NCBI GenBank assembly: GCA_048772705.1
Contig: JBLWGC010000185.1
Span: forward strand, 62,001 to 126,000
Direction of reading: 5' to 3'
DNA from: Leidyana gryllorum EB-2025a
Lineage: Eukaryota; Protista; Apicomplexa
Length of the DNA stretch: 64,000 nt
A program made the translations under genes and the position numbers. This document shows, one piece after another, positions 54,503-64,000 of this stretch (the first letter of the stretch is position 1; every line of letters starts with the position of its first letter). A model generated the notes under the pieces. That model was not told where the DNA came from and did no database searches. It worked only from the letters and a program-made list of their open reading frames with translations.

Positions 54503-56448
54503 ACTTACTTTGTGTCAATCTGCAGCATTTTGGTAATGACCGAAGCCATATGAGCCACCATTGCTCCGTGACAGGCATTATGGTACGGGTTCTTGTGGTA
54601 ACGACGTTGAATTTGGTAAAGGTATTTGGTGATCACAGTCTTGTCGACCTTGATGAGGTCCATCATTGGGAAGAGTAGCGCTTGGCCAAAGTGAACCAGA
54701 ATGTTGGGATTCTTGTCGAACAGCTGTTGCGCAGAGAAAGAGAGAGTGATGTATTCAACGTTGACCAAGATGCGTTCAACTTACCGGCAGCAGAGACATG
54801 TTGGGGTCCTTCCCAGCCTTCTCCCACACTTCTGGATCAACAGTAAAGGTTGGCATAATGTCAGAAGTGAAGAACTCCTGTTGATCGAAAGCCGGCCTTA
54901 GACAGTCCTCACCAGTGCGGCGAGCACCGGCACCTTTGTCTCCGCCTGCGCCGCCTGTGCGTTTGCCGAGTTGGAACATGTTGATGAATCTGTTCTCTTC
55001 GGAAGCCTCCACGCCCTCCTGCGGAGCTCCAACCGCGAAGAGGTCGTCTGTATCGAGCAGAATTTCCACACATTGACGCAAAATCTCATCCAGTTCCAGC
55101 AGTCCGGCGTCACCGTGAGCGGAACGCTCGAAGGCCGCTGCCTGGAGAGTGGTTTGAGTCTTTTTAACAGAGTGGATCAGATCCTCCACAACAGTCTCAG
55201 CTTTGCCCTTTTTGCGCTGTTTCTGTGCTTCTCGCAGTTCTCGCAATCTGATTCTGTCGTCGCGCACATCGATAAACGCGATGCGCTCGGCCATTTCCTT
55301 GTGGAGACGTCCAATGTAAGCTTGTGTGATGAGACCCAAGACGACCATTGATTGCACCACTCTGACGGGGGGGGTGTGATGTTAGAGACGGTACTTATCG
55401 GTTGTCGACTCACCCAGTCAATACAATGGTGGGGACAATCTCGCGGGTGCCCAAATCAGTGAAAGTGTAAATGGTCAACACGCGACTCGCGACGTATAGG
55501 AGTAACGATAGCACGTGCATATGGAACACCAAATATGTCCTGCAAGTAGTATAGTGGTGTCAGTCATTGTAAGAAGGCAACTATTGAACGACGAAGACAA
55601 AGACACTATCGGTGGAGACGGAGACGGAGACACAGACATTATCGGGACGGAGACACAGACATTATCGGGACGGAGACACAGACAAACACACGGTGTGCAA
55701 GAAAGATGGTTGGTTACCTGGTATTCATTAGCTGATCGTAGATGGCGAAGAGAAGGAAGAGAATGACGAGGATGGCGGTATCGGACCAGAATTTGAATTG
55801 GATGGCACTAAAGACACTGAGGACTGATGACTGTAGCTGTTCTCGTCTCAGATCGCCATCGACGAGCACAGCAATGAGCCAAAGGATCCATAGAAGATAA
55901 AAGGGGAAAGTGCAAAAGTAGCAGGATGCCTCTGGATGTGCTTTCATGCATGGGATTGAATTCGAACATCCAAGAAGAATGATGAGGAGAAGGGAAGTGC
56001 CATTGCAAAAGTCAAAGATCAGTTTCCAGACATAGTCATTGATGGCCAGAATCTCTTGCATCATAAGAGCACTGAAGGTGGTCCATATAATGATGATAAC
56101 TATAGCCAGATATAAACCCGTTATTGGATTCCGAAATCTGTATGTCGGTTTAATGGACTCAACATACTCGGCTTCCACCTTGGGATCTTTAAACTTGAGC
56201 CAAACACCCAATGACAAATGCGCTTTGTATCGTTGCCAATGCCTTCCCCCATATGTCTGCCAAATAGCCGCCGCCAAACCTCTGGTGTCTGTCGCTTGCG
56301 AGTCCGCTGCAGAGGTGTCGCCTAGAGATTTCGTTTGCCGACCCCGCTGAAAGGGGTCTCCCGATATATTAGACTCGGCGTGGGCTGCACGGGAACTCGT
56401 ACGCTCCATACTCTGTGCGGGTAAAGCCCGCGACTCATTCCTCTCCAT
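53086..56448 (-). CDS. Membrane-anchored class I cyclic nucleotide phosphodiesterase (copy B) with Glu-rich tail, multi-exon
   Basis: TM helices. NPYHNACHGAMVAH, GHDVGHPGRNN, ITDMSQHF, KMADLSH..EFYQQG and KSQAGF. Confidence 0.92.
54421..54500. repeat. Intronic ACACATGGAGACACGG-like repeats plus (CA)n
   Basis: Direct repeats in a PDE-B intron. Confidence 0.75.
55612..55685. repeat. Intronic 23-bp tandem repeat (GACGGAGACACAGACATTATCGG)x~2.7
   Basis: Direct repeats in a PDE-B intron. Confidence 0.8.
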
Positions 56449-56507
56449 CAAATAGTGTACAAACAACCAAAGGTGCACGCGCGTGGTGCGCACTTGAGCT
56501 TTGATGC

Positions 56508-59500
56508 TCATGCAGTATTCGCAAGGCTTTCCAGAAACTTCTCGTACCGCACTGATACTTCTATCACAGTGTCAGAAAACTCACGAGGACAACGACTCCT
56601 CAGCTCCCGTAAATACTGCTGTGCTCGACTCGTATCGATCGCATAAGGATCCTCCCTACAGTACACCTCAACTCCCAAATCCATCTCCAAATGCCGATCC
56701 TCCAAGCTGTCCATTAGCAACGCACGACTTAGCTTACTTCGCCCGCTCTCAAACGATTGAGCGTCGGCTGCTGTCGCCAATACGCGGTCACGGGGCTCAG
56801 CCCGCATTGGGTCCGCTAATGAACTCAATAACCCCTGTAGCCCCAGGAAGAACGGCGGACATTCACAAACCGCCACATCCTCTACCAACACTCGACCACC
56901 CACAGAAAATACCCATGGCCCGCATGCTTTAGCCTCACGTCGACGGTCACTTATTTTCAAAAGTGTGTCGATTCCTCCTGTCGTGTGCAGCAGATAATCC
57001 CATCTGTGACAGTCCTCAGTTGTCAACAATACTGGAGTCTGACGGACAGCCACATCAAATGGCTTGCAATCAGCCGCCTTTGCCGCTGACCCATCACCAC
57101 CACCCTGTATTCTCTGTAGCCGGCTATCCACAGTCTGCAGCACTGCCCCAAAAGCGCCCGTGATCTGATATACCATCAAAGACGTCATATAAGCCGTCCT
57201 TTCACGACTGATTTCGCCACTCTTGATGCATAAATACAGGCACATCTGCGAAATAGCAATAGCACACACGTGTGTGTCTCGTTCCAAATGTCCATTCTAC
57301 TTACCTGAAGACATGCGAGCTGCTTTTGACGGCTCAACCGACGCATAGACGCAACCAATTCGTGACACTTGAGCTTCCAAAGCTTTTCGTCTCCTCCTTC
57401 AGTTAACATGTCTTCCATCTTCCGATGTACCAAATCGATCTCTATCTGTCCTTGAAGGTGCAGATAGATCAATGTTGAGGGAGGAAGATTCCGAACCGCA
57501 CTCAATTGCCCGTCCTGTACTTCCCAATAGTGCTGCATCACCTTTACATCCTTCTTGTCTTTCAGCTTCTGAATTTGAGACATCAGGAGCGCTACGCTTC
57601 CCAGCACCGGCTCGGAATTTCCATAATCTCGAACCACGGGATAGACGAAGTTCTTGAGAATCCCCGATAGACATTCCAGAACGGCTTTGCGGGACAGTTG
57701 CGCATAAAGACTCATCTGACTTTGAGCCACCACAGATTCCGTCCCTGTTTCAGCTTCTTTCACCGTCACCATGGCTCGTTTCAGTGTCTGTCGCCATGCC
57801 AGAGGCACTAAACGAGCGGTGGCATTCTCGCGGAGTGACCGCTCCACCTCGGAGTCGTCTTCATTATTCACGGTGTGCTGTGCCAACAGGACCAAACTTG
57901 TCAGCTGGCGAATGACAATGATCTCATAGATCCCGTCTGGACCACCCTCCGGAGCAAGATCTGATTGGTTCCGAGGTTCTCGGCAGGTCCTGAGCAACGA
58001 TGCCAACCAGTCCCGCGGGGGAAGCACCAGGGCCAAGGGTAAGAGGGACAGCATGACAAAGTGTGCTCTCAGCCGACGACTCAACGGATGTGACCAAAAG
58101 GCCAATGATACATCACTCAAGAGCGATGCCAACGAATTGTCCTTGGGGCAGTGCGCGATACACAGCTTCCACAATGCGATGATTGCATTTTCAACAGAAA
58201 CATCACTGGGATCTTTGATGTGAGCAGTGATGTACTCGTCGGCGAGTGGGGCTAAGATCTGTCTCAAGTTCAGATCTGGCAGCACAGATACGGTGGTTAA
58301 GGCTTCCAATAGAGTAGTGCGCTCCGCAATGCCAGCCCCACTGTCCGACTTGAGGCGAACCATCGCCCATCGGGCCAAATTGTCGTGAGGGAGCGAATCC
58401 AATGTCAGTGAGGGATCTCTGAAGCGTCCTTTGGAATGTAGGATCGAATAGTGACTGACTCACCGATAGCATCGCAGGACTTGGTGCAGCACTCCCAAGA
58501 AATGTATACCAACTGGAGAGGCATTCTGCATAGAAACTTTGGTCGCTTCTTCTGCAGCAGGACCGGCAGAAGCGCCCGCCCGGAGTGAGAATGCTTTGCG
58601 GGTATTGGCGAGCCAGAAGATCAATGCTTTCCCGGCGAGTTCTCTCTGCGGTCCGACTGGGATCTTCGCCATTGTGAAGAAGACTTGAATGGGCTGTTGA
58701 AGATGATTTTTGAGATCACCCGGTTGCTGCAGGAGCGATGGCAGAATGGTCTGAATGCCCAACAGCGAGAATGCGCCGAGGATAGGACAGAGTTTCTCGC
58801 TTTCCACAGCGAAACTGCCCAAATTCAATTCCATCAAAGCGTTGAGTTGAGAGAGGGTCAAAGACCGCACTTTGTTGCGATCATTGACATCCAGTGAGAT
58901 TGCCCCACCCAACAATTGGCACCGCGCCCAATACCTCCAGGCTGCGCTCTGTGCGACTGGAGCCATCGCGTCCATCGCTTCGTCCATATCTTGAACAGTG
59001 GCTGGACAAAGTGATTAAAAGAGCGCAGCTGAAAAGACTCACCAGAACCCAGTTGGGTGAGACGGGGCAGTACAGCAGCGGTCCAGATAGCTCCGTGATC
59101 AGCCTGGTCTTTCAAGTTGATTCCCTTTGCCGTTTCTGCGATTTTACGCAGTAACGCGGGGTCGAAGGTGGTATTGAGGATGTGGAGATCAGCATAGGCC
59201 AGAATGACGTACTGCAGGGGCGCAGCAGAGTCTTGGGCGATGAGCAAAAGTACGTCTCTGATCGCTCCCGCCTCCGCGGGATGACTGAACCCTTTGAGAG
59301 CGGCTTCGCTGGCGATGCCCAGCGTTCCGGCGGCCAGGATGAGGCGGCGGGGTGGTGATTCGGGTCCAGTGTGGAAGGCAACGTTTCTCTGTCGCAGATT
59401 GCAGATAGGCTGTACAGCGTGTCGCCGGAGGCCTCCAAAGGCAGCGACTGCGTCAAAACAGGTGTTGGCGTACTCGGGTACCCCGTTGACGAGGTGGATG

Positions 59501-62500
59501 GTGGATAGCACAGTGGCACTAATGGCGAAGACGAATCCCGAGGTCATAACGGACTCGGTGCGGTCGAGTTCTGGGGCCGACATGTTGTTGATGGCTGCCT
59601 GCATATAGTCCAGGAGTCGGCCTGCGATATGAGACGCAACGGCGGCGTTGACGAGTGCCAATCCTCCAAAGGCCAGCAGTATTTTGACCAGCGAGTCCAT
59701 ATTCTTTGATGGCGACACAGTGGGGTCAGCATTGGCCTGGTGCTGGTTGTTGGCAGATTTAGCTGTGGGGGATTTGACTGTATCCCACAAGAATGAGTTG
59801 AGATAGTTGTAGATGTCCCAGGCGGACTCTGTGACACTGGTCATTGTGCAGGCGCTCAGATATCTGCGGTGTTGGAATGATTTTGTGGGGACATCAAAGT
59901 GTGGCTCACCGAGCGAAGAGAGGGCGGAATTGGTGTTGCACTGCGGTGTACCATAAAAGTAGACAAGTTTCCCATTGCGCTGGGCATTCTGCATTGTCGC
60001 GGGCGTCACTGAGAGTCATTGGAGCCATTGGTGCCGAGTTGAAGACGATACGTTTCAAGAGGGCTTTGAATCGTTCCTTTCGCTCGGCTGTTGCCCCAGC
60101 GGCGTTGTCTCCGCTGCTCGTTGGCGGGCTGTAGAGGACCAATTCTGCGAGCGGAATGAGGTCCTTTGAAGGGGAGACGGCGAATCGCGGGTGTAAGGCG
60201 CGGCTGGACATCCCAATCAACGGGTGGTTGACGTTTCCCACTGTAAGAGGGCGGTGGGTATGAGAGTGACGCTATGGAGTGGCTCACCTTTTCGGAGTCG
60301 GTGACCGATGGCGTCCCGATGCACTCCCATTAATTGGTGTAGGGCCAATGTGGGGATATCCTGAAGGGTTATATCCCCGTTGGTAAGAAGTTTGAGAAAG
60401 TTGGATGGAGTCTCCAGTCCAGCGTATGGGCCCAGATAGATGGGCTGAGAGAGGTAAACCCCTAACGGATCGTCGCTGGCGTCAGCCAGAGCCAATCGAT
60501 GGGTTTCTCTGAGGAGGGGTAGAAGGGTTTGAACCACAGCTGCTCGACGTCCACTGTCCCAGTTAGTTGTGAGCCATGGAGTGAGGGTTTTGAGGACATC
60601 GTCCTCAATCCAATCGCCGTCGTCCTCCGGCAGCGGCTCATTTTTGACGACTTTCAGAAAGCGGGGCAAAGTATTACCGTCGACAAATTGGCTCAACAAA
60701 CTGCTCAGCCACGTCGAGCCCTTCACGTCTGTGACTCGCTGCATCCACTGGAGGCCGGGGCGCAGAATCAGCATATCGTAGAAATCTTTGGTTTGGGCAG
60801 CCCCGACATAGAGAAGGCGGTTCGCCAGTCTCAATGCCAGCGCCCGGTCCTTTTCACACAGCTGTGAACCCCACAAAGGCGCCAAGAGGTTCTTTTGAAA
60901 TGTCGAATACACAGAGACCGGCTCGATCTCCGCGGCTTCGATCAGATACGAGATCCCCCGATCTTCAGCGGTCACCAATGCACAAAACTTGGAATAGGGC
61001 AATCCATCTTGAGCAAACAGTCTCACGCCCATCAGTCCGGCCAAACTCTGTGATTCAGTGCCACCGCTCTCCTTATTTGCACGAGTGATCGCCTCGCAGG
61101 CAGAGAGGACCATTTTGTAAATGGTCTGTGAAAGATAAATGATAGTGACCAACGGAGAGGTGAACTCACAGGAGCCAATTGGCGATCTCTGGAGAGACTG
61201 GCCAAACAGATTAAGCTCACGATATCCTTCTGATCTATCGCTCGTTGGTGGAGAATCGGAGCGTTCTCCGCCAGAGCGAAGGCCGCCGGACTGGCCTTAC
61301 TCAAGACGATCGGACGATTTGTCTCCAAATTAGCCACACACACTGGCTGCGAGGTCCAGGCCAAAAGCTGTGTCATAATACCCAAACACAGGGGAGACGA
61401 GCGGTCTTGGTGGTAAAATAAGAGCCCTCCCAAGAGCGCTCGCAAGATGGGACTGAAAGGTGCGCCCGTCAAGGGCGACAACGCGTGCCAAGCTGCAACA
61501 TTGTCACTCTTGCTCAGACGGAATAAAGGTGAAAATAAGTCCAACAGGTCGCAAATGAGCGACAGCTCGGGCGTAGGGCAATAGTGGCCCCATACTGCGT
61601 ACCACGTTTCCAGCGGCTTTTGCGATAACACGCACTCTGATTTCTCGCTCAACCCTTGCAGTGCTTGGACTTTTATGAGCTCCAGTTTAGCCGCCACAGC
61701 GGAAGCTGGGAACCGCTGAAGCATTAATCGACTCAGTACCAATGCCAAACTGGACATCATCGCCACATTTGTGGTCTCCAACGAAGAAGCCATTATCTGC
61801 AACCCGTGCACTGCTTCCAGTGCCAACAATGTGTCTTCTTCGGGAATGGGTTGACGAATTAGCCCGTCCACCAGACGCATCATCAGGGCCGCTCGCATAT
61901 TGTCTACTGCCAAGACTTCAACAGAGTCATGGGTGATCGGCTGTAGCATGGGAACAAGATGCGACCGTGTCAATCGGATTAGGGAGGCCAATGGTTGCGG
62001 ATCACCGAAACTTAGGAGCTCCAGAACCAGAAAGAAGATCCGGCGTGATGATTCAACGCGGATTTGTTCATCCACGATCCCCTGGAGACACCGAAAGAGT
62101 GTGTGGCACACACGTTCGAGCTCTGTGGGTCCTGCTTTGTTGATGCATTCAAAGTAATTGAACTTGATACAACTCCTGAACAGCTGGAGACGCGACACTT
62201 CAGAGGATAGATATCGAGTTACGCTCTCGAAAACGTGCGGAAAGGACGGTCTCTGTCAGACAAGTTGTGTTGTTCTGTGATCATATCATTGATGATGGCT
62301 TACATCCCGAACAGCCAAGGGCAGTAGTTTGTCGAGGAAGAACTCGATCAAGAAGGTTTCAGCAGCTGCATTGCGCTCGCCTCCTAGACAGAAGGAGGAT
62401 CGCAGATCCGCCCACACGAAGCCCGCAAGAGTTCGGTCGGCGATGACCAGCCTCTCGAGGAGATAGCAAACTTCATCTGCTTCGGACTTGATGGCGCCAT

Positions 62501-63010
62501 GATGGATGGCGTGGAGAGCTCTTTTGACGAAGATTGAGATGAGCGGACAGAGGTTGGGGGCTTTAGTGGCGACTAAAGCCGTGAACTCGTTCATGAGGGT
62601 GCGAAAGGGCACTCCATTGGCCTCCACGAGCCTGAACAAGCCATCAACATAGAGCTGTGCTCTGCCTCCGAGCGTTGCTGTACTGGGGCCGGTTGCGAGT
62701 GAGGCCACTGGGAGAAAGGAGGAGAAGGTTTGGGTGGGAGATACTATCGGGTCTTACATCGTCCCATGAGGCGGGCTTGCAGCATTTTGGCGTTGGCAGC
62801 ATCCTTTAGGACTCGTGTGTCTTCATTGACACATAGGGCGAGGAGCTTATTGATAGCGGACTGAGCGACCATAGGAACGACCGATAGATGGAGGTTCTCA
62901 TCGCAGCTCCAGGATGTGACATCGCCAGTGATAGAGCTGATGTCTTTGACAGCATTTTCCTGCCATTCGAGTCGAGTCCAGGCCTCTTTGAAGTCCTTAG
63001 GTACGGACAT
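56508..63010 (-). CDS. Very large (~1900-2000 aa) Leu-rich helical, HEAT/ARM-like hypothetical protein, multi-exon
   Basis: Chain of minus-strand ORFs linked by short GT-AG introns (e.g. 57246-57304). Leu/Ala-rich helical composition. Could be more than one gene. Confidence 0.55.
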
Positions 63011-63113
63011 TCAAAAAGCTGAAAAGGGTCGTGGGCTCTGTGCTTGGTATACGGACCGGTTCAACATGTACAGCGATGAGGGAGTCTTTTGATTGTTGTA
63101 AGTTGTCCGAAAA

Positions 63114-63809
63114 ATGCCGAAACGAGCAGCGGTAAATCAGCCTGAAGGCGGAGAAGGTACGAAGCGAACGCGAAGTGGGAGCAAAGACATAACCCCACCC
63201 GCCAAAGAGAAAAGGGTTACGCCTGTGAGGGGTGCTGTATTGCCGATTCTGACTGCCAACAAAGTGGATGGCCAAGGCTGCACCATTGCTCGAATATTCA
63301 GATTAGGCAATGTCGAGTTTGTCCGGAATGATGTGGAGGAAGACTACAATGCGCGGCATTCCACAACCGGCACTTTGCCCATGTTGGAAGTTGCAGGCCG
63401 AGTCTACACCGAGTATCTGGCCATACTGCTGTATGCGGCCAACCGAGCTGGCCTGGAGCCCGTTGACCCTCTCGATCAGATGAGAGTGGTGAACATTCTG
63501 CGGTACATGGAGCGTCTGTGGCCCATCACCTGGAAGGCTATGGCTCCGGCGGGAACGCCCTCACAACGGGAGGCGGTCGAAGAGCTCTGCACGCACCTCA
63601 AAAAGCTCGACAGATTAGTTGGCGACGGAATGCGAGATGGCTATTGTGTCAACGGCAAATTAACAGCCGCAGACATTGCTATTTGGGGCTGTGCTGTGTT
63701 CTACCAGGTGAACCCCGCGCAGCTTCCTATCCCGAAAGTGTCGACAGACTGTCCCAATCTGTGGGCAGTACGTCACAATGTGGAACAGAAACACCCCGAA
63801 GTCCCATAG
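63114..63809 (+). CDS. Glutathione S-transferase-like protein (divergent)
   Basis: GTLPMLEVAGRVYTEYLAILLYAANRAGL resembles the GST N-domain. YCVNGKLTAADIAIW is an N-capping-box-like segment. Confidence 0.7.
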   Translation: MPKRAAVNQPEGGEGTKRTRSGSKDITPPAKEKRVTPVRGAVLPILTANKVDGQGCTIARIFRLGNVEFVRNDVEEDYNARHSTTGTLPMLEVAGRVYTEYLAILLYAANRAGLEPVDPLDQMRVVNILRYMERLWPITWKAMAPAGTPSQREAVEELCTHLKKLDRLVGDGMRDGYCVNGKLTAADIAIWGCAVFYQVNPAQLPIPKVSTDCPNLWAVRHNVEQKHPEVP

Positions 63810-64000
63810 TTACTACGCCGTCGTCGTCATTGTGGTGGTGTGTGTAGATGCGTGTTATCGGTGGTGCTTTGCGCGACATACTGGAACCAAAGATTTGATA
63901 GTGAACTCCTTTGCCTCAAAATGTGCGATCCAACTCGCGTGAATCCCAAATTGTGCAGTGACACCCGAAACGGACGCATGTAATGTGTCAAACTGTGAAT

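Noticed and set aside
2535-62157. Numerous antisense or alternate-frame ORFs in the track (e.g. 2535..3383, 32714..33499, 39332..40138, 41232..42140)
   Set aside because: Shadow ORFs of real genes in GC-balanced sequence, with no motifs.
1-64000. Transposase, reverse transcriptase, integrase, rRNA or tRNA genes
   Set aside because: No such motifs or structures recognised by eye. tRNAscan-SE and Infernal would be needed to exclude small RNAs.

Overview
Eukaryotic, very gene-dense window (about 33 protein-coding genes), most likely from an apicomplexan or related alveolate, possibly a gregarine. This is inferred from the bifunctional DHFR-TS, membrane-anchored class I PDEs, an EGF-repeat secreted protein and short GT-AG introns of mostly 40-75 nt. 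Recognisable genes are DHFR-TS, MLH1, an ORC3-like gene, IPI1/TEX10-like, HSP10, an ACAT/DGAT1-type MBOAT, EMC4, UBC12, PRP4, La, RPS27, two tandem PDEs and a GST-like gene. No rRNA, tRNA, CRISPR or mobile element was seen. The most notable observations are: (1) a near-palindromic motif ACACACGTGTGTGCT recurring in sense orientation inside introns of unrelated genes; (2) 19-41 bp head-to-head spacers sharing CAAAAAT(T), plus same-strand genes only 15-36 bp apart; (3) a full-length DDX42-like DEAD-box protein whose catalytic motifs are all degenerate; (4) a 1594-aa ORF with an unfamiliar dispersed ~28-aa repeat; (5) unusual domain fusions: La-DCL/DUF3223, CBM-sucrose-phosphatase-like HAD, a RING-Bbox-Bbox-coiled-coil (TRIM-like) protein and LSD1-type zinc fingers. 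Gene models were built by eye from splice consensus and reading-frame continuity, and family calls come from remembered motifs rather than database searches.
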